Position numbers and translations under genes: made by a program
Shown: positions 25,245 through 39,371 of the stretch, piece after piece
How positions within the stretch are numbered: position 1 is the stretch's first letter
How the letters are laid out: every line of letters starts with the position of its first letter
Assembly: GCA_951406725.2 (NCBI GenBank)
Contig: OX597821.1
Location: forward strand, 75,578,001-75,642,000
Length of the DNA: 64,000 bases
DNA from: Octopus vulgaris
Lineage: Eukaryota
Direction: 5' to 3'
Notes under the pieces: generated by a model
Databases searched by the model: none
Seen by the model: only the letters and a program-made list of their open reading frames with translations
What the model was told of the DNA's origin: nothing

Positions 25245-25950
25245 TTCCCATTTTTTAAGCTTGTACTTATTCTGTCAGTATCTTTTACCGACCCGCTAAG
25301 TTATTGAGACGTAAACACACCAAACCGGTTGTTAAACGGTGGTGGGAGACAAATACACAACACTCACACACAAACACACACACACGCATACATATATATG
25401 CTCGAAATACGGATTAGAAAAAACAGCCGACAACTAATGAAGATTCGTTCTTTATGTTGCATGTCATGTTTTCCTTTTGTTTTCCTTGTTGTTCGCAAAA
25501 AACAGTTCATATTCCATGTATTCGTATTCCATATTTTCGTATTTTTTGTTGTTCACGTTCTGTGATGTCCTGTGCCCACATATGCATATGTATATACGTA
25601 TGTATATATGCATATATATATTATTTATATTATATATTAGGGCGGCGAGCTGGTAGAATCGTTCGCACGCTGGACGAAATGCTTAGCTGTGTTTCGTCTA
25701 CCGTTACGTACTAAGTTCAAATTCTGCCGAGGTGACTTCGCCTTTCATCCTTTCGGACTTAAACCCTTTGCATGTCCTTGTTTGTCCACCCTATGTTTAG
25801 CCCCGTGTGGGTAATAAAAAAATAAATATACTATTGCAATTTTCGTCAACAAAATCCACTCACCAGGTTTTGGTTGGTGTGAGGTTTTAGCAGAAGGCAC
25901 CTGCCCAAGATGTGGTTGGGAAGCTAGCTTTTTATCACATAGACACGCCT
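25245..25950 (-). mobile_element. Interrupted SINE B with a nested SINE A (25639-25825, plus strand)
   Basis: The B tail (~25245-25400) and B head (~25845-25950) are separated by microsatellite and an A copy starting agggcggcgagctggtagaatcg. Confidence 0.65.
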
Positions 25951-26123
25951 ATTTGTTATTCTACTACTTGTAAAAACAAGTATTTTAAAGAGCTTCAGTG
26001 AAAGTATCCATAGTTTGGTCAATCCAGAGAGCGAACAAACAATCGCCAGCTAAACAACTGCATCTGCCACACAACCAACGCTTAGATTTACTATTCTTCT
26101 TCACCGTAGAACAATCAAACATT

Positions 26124-26506
26124 TTTTCTATGTAGTTTAACTATATTCTTGAAACTACAAACGCCATCAACCTACAACTCTAGCAATCCACATCATACAC
26201 ACACATCATTCAGGAATAATTACCCTGAAAATAACCTTGCGTATATATATGAAAATTTATTTCTTAGAACGGCCTAAATATATAACTGTTGCATATATTG
26301 AGGGAGAAAGCTGTTTTCTATGTAGTTTAATTATATTCTTGAAACTACAAACGCCATCAAGCTACAACTCTAGCAATCCACATCATACACACACATCATT
26401 CAGGAATAATTACCCTGAAAATAACCTTGCGTATATATATATATGAAAACTTAGTTCTTAGAACGGCCTAAATATATAACTGTTGCATATATTGAGGGAG
26501 AAAGCT
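26124..26506. repeat. Tandem duplication of a ~190-bp unit
   Basis: 26124-26313 and 26314-26506 are near identical, differing by a few substitutions and 4 extra TA bases. Confidence 0.95.
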
Positions 26507-27885
26507 TGAACTCAATATGCCTGTATATTACTTAACATTTCGATGTCGCTAGAAATGTTTGAGTTTGCAATCATAAGTCTGCTCTCAACGTAGAGTGCAG
26601 GCTTCTGAGCAAAGGATACTGATGTAGTATTTGTATTTTTTTTTTTTTTAATGGCTAATACCATTTTACACACACTTACTATTTTCATCTGTGAAAGAGA
26701 TACGTGGGTTTTATTAGAATTAACCTTTATTTCTCTTTAATCAAAATCTCTCGTGGGTAGTATTTTTCTTTTAGTTGTATCGTAGTGCATTTTTCTTTTT
26801 ATTTTGGTATTCAGACTGAGTCATCAAATGTAAATGTATGTCACTTTAACCTCCGATAACATCATCTCTATCATTCTTCCAAGGATAACTCCATAAATAT
26901 CTCATAAAAAATATATTTTAACAATTCTATGTTTGCCAATGTTTTGAGTGCTTGAATAATTAGTTCTAAACCATATGTTTCTTACTACCAGGCTGCTAGA
27001 TCGAATTTCTGCTTAGTTTGGGGTTGCGATGAAATTATCGTTGTTAATAAAATTTTACACGTCCACTCTTTGAATCCAATATATTTTTAAATATTTTGAA
27101 ATTTAAATAAAACTAAGAAAAAAATACTTTCAGATGATAAAACTTCATTGAAATTAACTACATACCATTAAATTTGAAAATATTGTTGCGAAAGATGCTC
27201 AAATATATCAACTTACTTCTATAGTGTTTCAGCTATAATTAAAGAATAGTTTTTGTGTTTCATTATATTCCTGTAATAAACAAATGTGAAATTAGAACCT
27301 TAAGAATGCAAAATAATGTGCAAGAACGATGTTGAAACTACAGATGACGTTTAAAATTTTGAAAAATATTATGGCATAAATATCTGTTGATAGAAAGGTT
27401 TGTTTATTTACAAATATTCATATTTTTTCTTCTGGAAGTTGGTGTTTTAAAGCTGAAGAGTCAAGGGTCGTTGCTGTAGTAATTATTAACCCTACAAACT
27501 TGAGAAAATAAGAATAAAAGTGTAAAATTAGAATGCGATTGAAATTTATTATTGAATATCTCTTTATACTGTAAATTTAAACGGTTCAGATATATACAAA
27601 GAAACATTCGTAGCTCTATAAGTATGGAGCCAAACGCAGTAGGGTAAGAGACATGCATCTGTTGTGACAAGCCATTGTTGATGAGATTTCCATTCTTTCT
27701 TAAATCCTCTCCCGTAGATATCGAAACATTCAATGATATTGTACTTTCTCTGTATTATCGAAAATAAATCAATTTAGTTGAAGCAATGGAGTTGAGGTGA
27801 GCTCTCTATGAACTGAATTATGTCTGTGGTATATTTGTTTTACTTGTAGCAGAATAATTATTACTACACCCCACAATAATCCGTT

Positions 27886-28092
27886 CTGCTACAGGCACAC
27901 GTCTAGAAATTAGTGCGGGGAGACTAGTCGACTACATCGACCCCAGAGTTCAAATGGTACTTATTCTATCGATCTCGAAAAGATTAAAGGCAAAGTCGAG
28001 ATCAACGGAATTGGAACATAGAACGTAAAGAAGGACGAAATTCCATTAAGCATTTTATTCGGTGTGCTAACGATTCTATCAGCTCACCGTCT
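27886..28092 (-). mobile_element. SINE family A (diverged)
   Basis: ggcaaagtcgagatcaacggaattggaacatagaacgtaaag...cagctcaccg. Confidence 0.75.
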
Positions 28093-28354
28093 TACTACTC
28101 ATCATTAATAATACCATTGTCTAAATTGAAGGGGACAATATTTTATTAAAGAGTAAAACCTATTCTGTTATATTAATTATCTTACCGATACATATTTGAT
28201 TAATCGCTGACGGACTTTAGGCAATGTTCTTCTACTCGTTACCATTTGAACTGAAAGCCCTGGGTCAATAATGAAAGGAGCGTCAAGGGTTCCTTAGGAT
28301 ATTAAAACTTATCAGCTTAGATTCTCACTTGTCGGAAATTTAAGATTCTAATAT

Positions 28355-28535
28355 TGTTCCTTTTGTCAGTCTTGTTAGAGCGTCGTTCGAAAAGCCTTGC
28401 GGTATTTGTTGCGGTTTTTTGAATTCTGAGTTCAAATCCCGCATATTTAAACGTTGCTGTTCATCGTTTCGGAGTTGATAAATAAAGTATAAGTCTAAGT
28501 CGGTGGTGTAATGGAATCTGAAGAGATTTTTCTGT
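28355..28535 (+). mobile_element. SINE family A (highly diverged)
   Basis: ttctgagttcaaatccc...tcatcgtttcggagttgataaataaagta. Confidence 0.55.
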
Positions 28536-31500
28536 CCTGAAATGCTACTACTTTCCACCCCTTAATCAATAGGTAGGCTTTATTTGTTGCGTGGTTTAAC
28601 ACCACCACGTGGTACCTTGTATGACTAACATTACATCTTGTGACGTCAGAATCATTAGCTACACATGCGCTAACGTATGGAAGTAGAATTATTTCGAGCA
28701 GTTTTTATCATACTTTGTGCTGTGGCATAATGGTGATTAAAATATAAACAGTCTCATCATAATTTTGTTATACACAAGTATGATATATAATATAGGATAA
28801 CAGATTTCTTTAGTTTTATCCAGTTTCTAACTCTTCATGCCAAGTGTGCATTTTTATCATCATTTCAAGGACACGGTCATTTAAAAATATCGAGATGCAC
28901 TACTTTAGTGAATTGAAATATAAAATTTTTAACTTGCTATTACTTTTTATGTGGACATTGTATTTGAGTTGTATATTCTTTAAGCGAAAAACTAAATTCC
29001 TTGCAAAGATACAGATGCTGACAAAAAAAACCCCCAAAAAAACTGAGGATACTCCATGGTCACTGGAAAAAATACCATTAATAGAGTGTGGTTTATTTAA
29101 TCGACTATTGGTGTCTCCTAAATAAACTAGATTAACCCCCTGATGTGAAATCGGTACCAAATTAAGAACTTGTTATTTATTGCATATACATTCAATTTTT
29201 TGTTTCACTTACATTTATAAAACTGATAATAATTTAAGAAAAATTATAAATAATCCAACAGCACATTTCACTTCCCACAAAATATATTTACTGTAAATTT
29301 CTGCTTTTGTGATGAATTGTTTCATATTCTGCAGAAAAAAAAGCTATCTTCGCTAAAAAATAAATAAATATACAATTAACTGATGATTAACTTGGATTAA
29401 CCAAAGAATAAATTTGCATATTAATCTGGGTGTGAACAGAGAGATAGAGAACACGAGTGTAATGTGGTGGGTCGAGGAGGGGGATCCTCTTCAGTAATAT
29501 TTTATTTTGCATTTCATTCTCATTATCTATCACACTAATTAATTTAAAAAAGTACAAAAGTCCTTTGTTGCCACATGTTGGAATGCTGAATCAAAGACTT
29601 CAAATAGTTACAAGTTGTGGGTTACTGTTAGATTTTAACAGAGTTTAAATGATTTACAAATAACAATAATAATAACGATTTTAATGATTAGTCGTGTCAA
29701 TCAGCTACTGGTTATAATGGCATCTAGCAAGAGACAAATACATGTCACTAGTCAAATGATGGGAATTGTGAAAGCTAATACCAGCTTCCAGGGACACATT
29801 TAAATGTGGAAACCGTTAGCAGTAAGTTTATATCAGCATATCAATAGGTCTGCTAGCAAGCTGCCACTAACCAACGATTCCTTTGCCTAGTTTTGAAAAA
29901 AAATAAAGTAAAGGAAAGAAAAAAAAATAGAAGAAAAATGTTTTAGCTTGGCTATTCTTTTTCTCTCGTCTTGATTATTTTTGCCTCTGGGGCGTATGCT
30001 ACTTCGTTTCTGCTGTCGAAATCTGCCGAATATGATCTGCATATTATCGTTTTGGTCAATAGAGTAGATTTTAAGTAACTTTCTTCTTTAAGAAATTTTG
30101 CATTGATTTACTTCGACTCGACTTCTTCCTTTTCATTTGCCAGGGGAAACAGAGTTGGATGCAACACCAGACATTCAATGGAGAAAAAAAATGTATATTT
30201 TCTATTATTTCCTATGTACAACGAATTCTTTTTGTTATATACCTTTTTTTTAAAATTCAATTTCTAATATATTTAATATTTAGCTTCTTTAAACAAAGAC
30301 AAAAAAAAAACTAAATGGAAATATTTAGTGATGTGTCTATCCACGTGATAGCTTTTTAAAAAAATTTATTCCTGCTTCTTTTTTAATAATTTTCTCCGCA
30401 AGTCCTGTTAATTTACATTTTCACCTATAGCATCGTATGAACTGCTGTCAAGGTTAATATTCGTGCTGCTAGTATTTCTTTCACTCGCATCGTTCGTTTT
30501 CTGCCAAAGTTCCCGCTACTACTACTACAACTCGTCGTTGTTATAGTTGTCGTTCAGGCTGTCATCGTATACGTCAGTACTGGTGTTACAGTTTATTTTC
30601 TTTTTGTTTATCCCCAAATTTCGCCTTTGGGGAAAGCCGTTGTGACGATGACAACATTGGCATCTTTATTGGAAAATAAAGCAAGAAGAATATAAATGAC
30701 AAAACCTCAAAATGATATCAAATTAAATCTTATTTGTTTTTTTCTTTAAACATTGAAATAGTTGGTGGTAAATATGTCGTTATATTACTCTAATTCAACT
30801 AATAAATATCGAAATAATGTCTTTTGTTTAAAACTTTATTAAATCAGTTATATCCCTGGCATAAACATTTTTGCTTTGCTATTCAGCGCAATAATAACAG
30901 GAAAGAAAACACCGAGTGAGAAATCTGATTCCACACTGTATGCTGAAAGACTTTATGAATATTCATAAGCACAAGAAAAAGAATCTTTACAATGATGGCT
31001 AAGTAGCGAAGCCAATATATTTCTACCATGCCTATATTTGAAATCCTCTACCATGTCTATATTTCTAATCCTGTCTACCTGTTTTGAGAAAGAGACATAT
31101 CTTATGTAAATTTCTTAACACATATTTTAGACAAGAATATACTGAGAAATAAGTCAGGGGCGCCATCTGCATAAAATAGCAGCCAGGTCAGTGTCAGACT
31201 GTTTCTTTTCTTTTAAATGGGTATTGACAAGCCAACTGCAAATATATATTTGTTGTCGAAATGAAAATATCAGGGTAAGATAGATAATTTAATTAATCTG
31301 GTAATTTCGGGAAACAGTTCCGCACATTTATCTGTCTAAGAATACTTCATCAATGACATAGAGACTTTACCGTAGTTGCCAAGGTAGGAGGGAGAGAAAT
31401 ACTAAGTAGGAGTAGAATATTGTAGACAAGTAGGCGGGGAAATCAGTATATTTTGGAAAATTATTCTCGAAGAGAAAACTGATTTGCGCTGAGAAACAAA

Positions 31501-31599
31501 GTATAGCAACCAGTCAGACATCAATCGAAGAACTTTCAATTCCCGACAAAAATTTTGGAGGAAAGAATAAAGCTGAACGGCAGTCGTTTCTCCTCAGAA

Positions 31600-31822
31600 T
31601 ACAATACAATATGGTTTCAAATTTTGGCACAAGGCCAGTAATTTCGAGGGAGGCGGTAAGTCGATTATATCGACCGTGCGTAATTGGTACTTATTTCATC
31701 GACTCCGAAAGAATGATAGGCAAAGTCGACCTCGGCAGAATTTGAACTCGGTACTTAAAGACAGACGAAATGCTGCTAAACATTTTGACTGTGTTAAAGG
31801 TTCTGCCAGCTCACCGCCTTTA
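31600..31822 (-). mobile_element. SINE family A
   Basis: ttttggcacaaggccag...ggcaaagtcgacctcggcagaatttgaactc...gccagctcaccgcc. Confidence 0.85.
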
Positions 31823-31825
31823 GAA

Positions 31826-32040
31826 AATATAGTATAGTATAGTATAGTATAGTATAGTATAGTATAGTATAGTGTAGTGTAGTGTAGTGTAGTGTAGTGT
31901 AGTGTAGTGTAGTGTAGTGTAGTGTAGTGTAGTGTAGTGTAGTGTAGTGTAGTGTAGTATAGTATAGTATAGTATAGTATAGTATAGTATAGTATAGTAT
32001 AGTATAGTATAGTTAGGTATAATATAATATAATATAATAT
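31826..32040. repeat. Pentanucleotide array (TATAG)n-(TGTAG)n-(TATAG)n-(TATAA)n
   Basis: Read directly. Confidence 0.95.
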
Positions 32041-32044
32041 ATAC

Positions 32045-32445
32045 CTACGCAGACACGTAGTCGTGGTACTCTGTCGATTACAACGATGAGCGTTCCAGTT
32101 GATCCGTTCAACGGAACAGCCTGCTCGTGAAATTAACGTGTAAGTGGCTGAGCACTCCACAGACACGTGTAACCTTAACGTAGTTCTCGTAGGGAGATTC
32201 AGCGTGACACAGAGTGTTGAAAGGCTGGCCCTTTTGAAATACAAGTACAACAGAAACAGGAAGAAAGCGTGAAAGAAAGCTGTGGTGAAAGAATACAGCA
32301 GAGTTCACCACTACCCCCTGCTGGAGCCTCGTAGAGCTTTAGATGCTTTCTCTCAAGAAACACTCACAACGTCCGGTCTGGGAATCGTTACTGTGATCCT
32401 ACGACCGCGAGTCCGCTGCCCTAACCACTGGACCATTGCGCCTCC
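32045..32445 (-). mobile_element. tRNA-derived SINE family E
   Basis: Minus-strand head ggaggcgcaatggtccagtggttagggcagcggactcgcggtcg. The first part is related to family D. Confidence 0.8.
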
Positions 32446-33004
32446 ACTACACAGACACGCACAAATACACACAGACATACGCGCGGGCGTACATTTATAT
32501 TTATGAACTTGATATTGTTTTAAGCTGCCATGACGTGTTCTAATACCAGCGGTAAGTTTTCGTCGTGTAGAAAAATGTCATGTATTTCTCGGTGTGAGAG
32601 CTTTTGCCTCATTTATCTCTGTAAATATAGAGTGTTAATAAACAGGCTTTGACAAAACCGTAACTTCAAATATAATAACGAAAAATTTATATCGCCTTTC
32701 GTAGCTATTGTTCAAACTGTCATATCTATTGGACGAAAACTCTGACCTGATCTTCTCGCGATGCTGTCACACAACCTTAACACACGGACATAGCGGAAAG
32801 CCGAACAAAAATTCCATTACCTCACCATGTAACATTCTTCAAGCAATCAATTTGTACGATAACATGTAGCGATCTGAGCCACATGCGACTAAAAACAAAC
32901 AATTGTTAGAACGACTGTCTGACGAGATAGAATGAACGGCAGTGTTCTGCATAGAAAACTCATTTGAAAACCAACAAATGTAAAACCTGTTAAGCTCGCT
33001 CGCG

Positions 33005-33395
33005 CGCGTGTCTGTGTGGTAAGAAGCTTGCTTCCCAACCACATGGTTTGCGGTTCAGTTTCACTGCTTGGCACCTTAGGCAAGTGTCTTCTACTATAGC
33101 CTCGAGCCGACCAAAGCCTTATGAGTGGATTCGGTAAACGGAAATTGACAGAAGCCCATTGTATATATCTCTGTGTGCGTGTCTTTGTGTCAGTGTTTGT
33201 CTCCCACCATCGTTTGACAATTAGGTTGGTGTTTTGAGGTCTCTGTAACTTAGCGGTTCAGCAAAATACCCCGATAGAAAGTACTAGGCTTTAAAAGCAA
33301 TAAATCTTCAGATGGCTTTGTCCGACTAAAACACCCTCAAGTCGCTATCCCAGCATGGCTGCATTCAAATGATCGAAACAAGTAACAGATAAAAG
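33005..33395 (+). mobile_element. SINE family B
   Basis: gtgtggtaagaagcttgcttcccaaccacatgg...ggcaccttaggcaagtgtcttctactatagcc. Confidence 0.85.
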
Positions 33396-33417
33396 CTATG
33401 TATATATAAATATATGT

Positions 33418-33462
<45 letters not shown>

Positions 33463-33558
33463 TATTGTAGTTCGCTTGAATCATTGTGTATTGTATGTAA
33501 AGAATAAAATGTTTTGAATGGTACAACAATGCACTATAATACAGACAATGGGTAATAT

Positions 33559-33750
33559 ACCTGTCGTAATTTAGTCATCCATAGTCTGATATGATATTTC
33601 GGAATAATATTCCTTCTTCAGAGATTCTTAGATGGAATCGCTGAAATTCAGATATTCTTAGATGGAGCAGCGACTCCATCTAAGAATATCTGAAGAAGGA
33701 ATTTTATTCCGAAATATTATCACACTATAGATGACTAAATTACAACAGGT
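33559..33750. repeat. Nested inverted repeat carrying two opposed hammerhead-like cores
   Basis: Arms are 33559-33643 and 33668-33750, with an inner perfect 19-bp hairpin 33649-33667/33674-33692. Plus core: CTGAAGA-a-ggaat ttt attcc-GAAA-TATT (33690-33718). Minus core at 33588-33626 ends GAAA-TATC-atatc. Confidence 0.85.
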
Positions 33751-33807
33751 GTATAACACATTGTTTGTATTATTGTGCATTGTTGTACTATTCAAAACTT
33801 TTTATTC

Positions 33808-33843
<36 letters not shown>

Positions 33844-34284
33844 CACAGAGAGAGAGACAAGCTCACGTCCACACTCATATGTATAGATATATACCAAAAA
33901 ACATATATACAAACATAGATACAAATATATATATATATACAGATATGTAAAGTATGTATGTACCAAATTAGAAGCAGGTAAAATTGTTGGTATTAAATAT
34001 TACCCATTACATATGTTTCATTCCCTAATTGGATTTACATAAGTATACGTATAGAAAAATATATAAGACATATCGATTGAGTAATTCTTCAGACGGAGAG
34101 TTAATATAATGTTATTGTAACATGTAATGCCTTTGTAAAAGTATTTTCAAGTATCTTCCGTTATTCTTCAGAATTTCAACTCTGATATATACCATCTACA
34201 AATATACTTTTAAGTACTGGAATATGCAGATATGCTTTATGAGGATTCAGCATGGATTCTAGCGATATCTACATAAAATATGAG

Positions 34285-34500
34285 CAGAGGGGGAGGGGGT
34301 GAAGGGGTCCTCACAAAATGCCTGGCTAGAGGCCTAACCTTCCGACTTCTTTTTACAGGGCTTACAGAAACTGAAGAACTGATGCAACAAGTGTGTAAAT
34401 ATGAGAGGGGAAGAATATGTTAGAGGAAATCATAATTAATTGATCGTTCTGCATTTTAATTTTTCCCTAAAGCCAGGAACTTTTCAACACCCCCATCGTA
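34285..34500 (+). mobile_element. Mariner-type transposon 3' remnant
   Basis: Degenerate WL...FF..G.QKL...KCV..RG.Y coding signal, then ccaggaacttttcaacaccccc-atcgta as a TIR-like end. Confidence 0.7.
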
Positions 34501-34631
34501 GATGCACACAAACACACACACACACACACGCACGGAGGCACACACAAGCACGGAGACACACACAAGCACAGAGGCACACACACACACACACACACACGGA
34601 GGTACACACACGCACGGAGGCACACACGCAC

Positions 34632-34669
<38 letters not shown>

Positions 34670-34724
34670 TACATACATATATATTTGTCTGTGGATATAA
34701 ATATGTGGGTGCGTGTATGTGTGC

Positions 34725-34782
<58 letters not shown>

Positions 34783-34784
<2 letters not shown>

Positions 34785-35637
34785 CAAACAAGCTGATATC
34801 GACCAGAAACACACGCATCAATGGTTAAAATCTCAGGGCTAAAACCAGAGAGTGCCGGTTTCATATTAGCTGCTCAAGACCAAAACTTATTAACTCGGAA
34901 CTACCAAGCCAATGTGATAAAAAAATGGAGCTGACCCAAAATGCCGATTCTGTAACGATGAGTTTGAAATAATAGACCACTTAATCTCAGGATGTAGAGT
35001 TTTAGCACAGAGTCGGCCAGTATATACATTGGACAATATGTCGGCATTGTAAAATCAAAACCGCTGACAAATGGTATAAACACCATCCTGAAGCTGTGAC
35101 TGAGGGAGAAAATGTGTCGATTCTCTGGGACTTCTCCGTACATACCGACAAAACTATAAAAGCTAATAAACTGGATACTATTATAAAAGATCAGACAAAA
35201 AAGGTGTGTTTATTAATTGACATGAGTATTCCTTGCGATCACAATATAGCGGCGAAAGAATTTGACAAGATTAGTAAATATAAAGACCTGCTAATAGAAA
35301 TAGAAAAAATGTGGCATCTCAAGGCGACTACAGTACCAGTGATTGTAGGATCTGTAGGAATGATAAAAAAAAGGTACTGAAACCTATTTGAAAATGATAC
35401 CAGGCTTACCATCCCTACAGGAAGTGGAAAAAATTGTGTTAACTGGAACGACTCACGTACTGAGAAGAGCATTATCGCTGTGAAAACAGCATCCATTCAT
35501 GAATTTCTTTTTTTAAATACGTATTTTACCTGTGAATTTGCGTGTGTAATCTGGGAATGCATACAATGAGCTCCTCTGCTCTAGGTGTACGGAAAACACT
35601 CGGCGAAAAATGGAAGAAAATTTGAAGAAAGAAGGAA
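34783..35637 (+). mobile_element. 5'-truncated R4/Dong-type element with (AAT)n tail
   Basis: [19 protein letters not shown]...AAQDQ...CRFC; ILWDFSVHTDKTIKANKLDTI...LIDMSIPCDHNIAAKEFDKISKYKDLLIEIEKMWHLK...VPVIVG; tail at ~35638-35738. Confidence 0.9.
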
Positions 35638-35699
<62 letters not shown>

Positions 35700-35738
35700 T
35701 AATAATAATAATAATAATAATAAAAGTAATAATAATAA

Positions 35739-35910
35739 CATCGAAAGATACCTTATGAATGAGATTTCGAAATTTGCTCAAGACACCTGATGACGGCTGG
35801 AGGGTATGTCAGCCGAAGCGTCGTGTTAACAACAAATAAGATGAAGACAAATATCCGTCAAATGTAAATAATGTAAATAATGTACATAACTCATCTCTTA
35901 AAAATAGAGA
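35739..35910 (+). mobile_element. Hammerhead-bearing module G, copy 1
   Basis: Homologous to 48127-48310. Lies immediately after the R4 (AAT)n tail. Confidence 0.75.
35782..35827 (+). ncRNA. Minimal hammerhead-like motif (GAAA mutated to GAAG)
   Basis: gacac-CTGATGA-c-ggctg(10-nt loop)cagcc-GAAG-CGTC-gtgtt. Confidence 0.6.
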
Positions 35911-36204
35911 AAATACATACATACATACATATCTAATATGAGCCGTATTTAAATAAGGGCTAGAAATAGCTTCTTAGAGTGGACAATCTATAATATGACG
36001 AGAATTATTATATAATATGATTTGTGTCTCCAAGCACTCCAGAGCCGCAACGCATGATATATAAATCTGGTGAATTGCAGTGTTTCATGGCAGAAAGCTG
36101 TTAGTAGCTTTTGTTCAAATACTATGGACATTAAATGATATTCATCTGTCAATGGAGGCAGTACTTGATTGTTAATCCTACTAATAATGGGACAGTAAAC
36201 CGTA

Positions 36205-36219
36205 GATGTGTGTGTGTGC

Positions 36220-36299
<80 letters not shown>

Positions 36300-36480
36300 G
36301 TATGTATATATAAACTCATATATATATATATGTATATATATGTATATATATATATGCATATATATATATGTATGTTTGTATATATATATATATATATGTA
36401 TGTGTATATATATTGATATATATGTATATATATATATATATGTATGTATATATATATGTGTGAGTGTGCATTTATATATT
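36205..36480. repeat. (TA)n-rich field
   Basis: Read directly. Confidence 0.95.
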
Positions 36481-36596
36481 TATCAGGTGGTGCTATTAAG
36501 TTAGACATGGCCTGGACCAATCTTTGATCGAAACATATCTAAGTTTATCCAAGTTTATATATAAGTGTACCTGATGTGTGTGCACACATGCGAACT

Positions 36597-36650
<54 letters not shown>

Positions 36651-37249
36651 TATATGCAGGTCTGTTGAAAACGATGGCTGCAACGCTTTTGTAAGCCTTC
36701 ACAGACAAGTGAATCTACGAAAGGTGTTTTGCAATATGCCGTTAAATAATTCGATATTTAGCTTTCTAAAATGACTTGTGATATTTTTCCATTGAAGTGA
36801 TGATCAGCTTTAAATTGACTAATGATATATGGTATAAGAGTAATACAATGATTCTAATGTCGAGCAAGATTCAAACTGACGAAATGGGTATTTCACGAAA
36901 TGTATATCAGCTAATCTATAGAATATATCCTGGAATATTGTTAATGATATCAATATTAAACGGGTCTTGTCTCAAAAGTAAACTTGTCGAATTCTTTCTG
37001 TCGTAGGGTGGTATATCAAGGAATCAAATAAAACATGTATTGGCCAACATAAGAAAATATTTTGATGATAAAAATATATAAGTTGTTACTTCAACAGCGG
37101 CTAATAGAAATAAATCTCTGTCATCTGTGTACACTGAAGCAGTTCATCTGAATGCTATTTGGAGAATTGGTGCCAAAGTTAATATCATATCTTGTCTCAA
37201 CACTAAAGTTTCCGTGCTGCAAAGGAAGTGAAGAGTTGCTGTAATAATA

Positions 37250-37264
37250 ATAATGATGATGATG

Positions 37265-37355
<91 letters not shown>

Positions 37356-37669
37356 GTATAATAATAATGATAATGATAATAATAATAATAAGTATCTATA
37401 TATATGTGTGTATGTGTATGCGCGTGTGTGTATGTGTATATACATGCATGTATGAATTTATGTATGTATGATGTATTAAGTATGTATGCATGTATGTATG
37501 AATACGTGTATGGTGTGTATCCTGGCGGATGCTTGATATATGTGTGTATGTATATATGTCTAAATATGCTTTACATACATACATACATACATACATACAC
37601 ACTTCCTTTTAACCATCGCAACTCACGTTGCACTTACCTCATTTGCCCTTATAACAAGCACTCTGACAC

Positions 37670-37704
<35 letters not shown>

Positions 37705-37800
37705 AGCGCACACACACACACATACACCCCCACACACACACACGCACGCACACACACATACACACACGCACGCACGCACACACACACACACACACATACA

Positions 37801-37863
<63 letters not shown>

Positions 37864-37870
37864 CACACAG
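37250..37870. repeat. (AAT)n, (TATG)n and (CA)n compound field
   Basis: Read directly. Confidence 0.9.
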
Positions 37871-38494
37871 AGTCATAGAGTAATAAGTCGTACGTAGACG
37901 TAGCTTAACATGGAAGCATTACTTGACTACAGTTCCTGTGTGTCATTAAAACCGAGTTTCACATCCCGGCATCTCTGGACCTATTATTGCACTAGTTACA
38001 GTGTTTAGAAATTGTATACAGCAATACATTGGTATTTTGCCAGCAGCTTAGATTATCTGTTCGCGTGGTTCTAACTGAATTCGCTCATTTGATATGATGA
38101 GTTCCGTCTTTCTATATATTTTCCAAACATAATAATCGAAATAATGATCATATAGAAAGTTCATGAATGAGAAAATGACGTGCGTTCTAAGCTCTAACTT
38201 CAATCTTCTTTTTCTTTCCAAGTATTATGACATTTATTGTTTGTGTTGAGTTTTGGCCAGCGAGAATTTTCTCTTTTTTTCCCCCACCACCATTTTTATA
38301 ATAATTAATTACTTGCTTCTGCGCTTGTTGTAATTTTAGAAGTGAAAGATCGATATTAATTGCAAAAAATCTATATGCAATCAATAGTTCATTTAATGAA
38401 ATATTACCTCGGCATTGAGGAAAGTTCTCTGACTATAAATTGAATAGATCATCATTATAGAGTTGTACAATATCAAAACATTTCTTGTTCATAT

Positions 38495-39060
38495 TTCACA
38501 CACACACACACATACACACACATGCACACACATCACACATGCATACATATCACACACGCATATCGCACACACACACACATCACACACATACATCACACAC
38601 ACATACACACGCACACACATCACACACACCACACACACACACATGAGACACACACATCAGACACATCAGACACACATCACGCACACACATACACACCTGC
38701 ACACACGCATTACACACACATCACACAGATCACACACAGAAATCACAAACATCACACACACATCACACACGCATCACACACACACATCAAACACGCACAT
38801 TACACACACATCACACACATCACGCACACACATACACAAGCACACACACATCACACACACAGATCACAGATCACACACACATCATACACACATCACACAT
38901 CACACATCACACATACACATCACACACACATCCCACACACATCACATACACATCATACACACATCGCACATGCATCACGCACACACACATATCACTTACA
39001 CACACATACCTACATCACACATACATAAGCACACACACACATCACACACACACACACACA
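38495..39060. repeat. Cryptic CA-derived satellite with recurring catcaca units
   Basis: Read directly. Source of the His/Thr-rich pseudo-ORFs. Confidence 0.9.
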
Positions 39061-39371
39061 AACTTGGGTATGACATTAGTTGAGCGTCAAGTTGATTCTT
39101 CGCAACTCAATACACGTCGGTGAAGAGAAAGTGAAACTTCTGCTTGATCTGTTTAACTGTTATAAACCTCCACCTCACTTAAACATCTTCTAGTTCTTTC
39201 TCAGGGAGTTTCGCTCTGGATCATGTAAACCTAGATACACTGTGACTGTAAAAAGGAAACGGCAACGGAGGTGGTAAGATCACGGTGAGAATTCTTTCGA
39301 TTACACCTCTACTCACTTAGCACTGACCTCTGGCTTAACAGCAACGCCAACATCTAAAGAATATATATTAT

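Noticed and set aside
27550-27760. Minus-strand open frame RKYNIIECFDIYGRGFKKEW... after an AG
   Set aside because: There is no convincing donor site and no recognisable homology.
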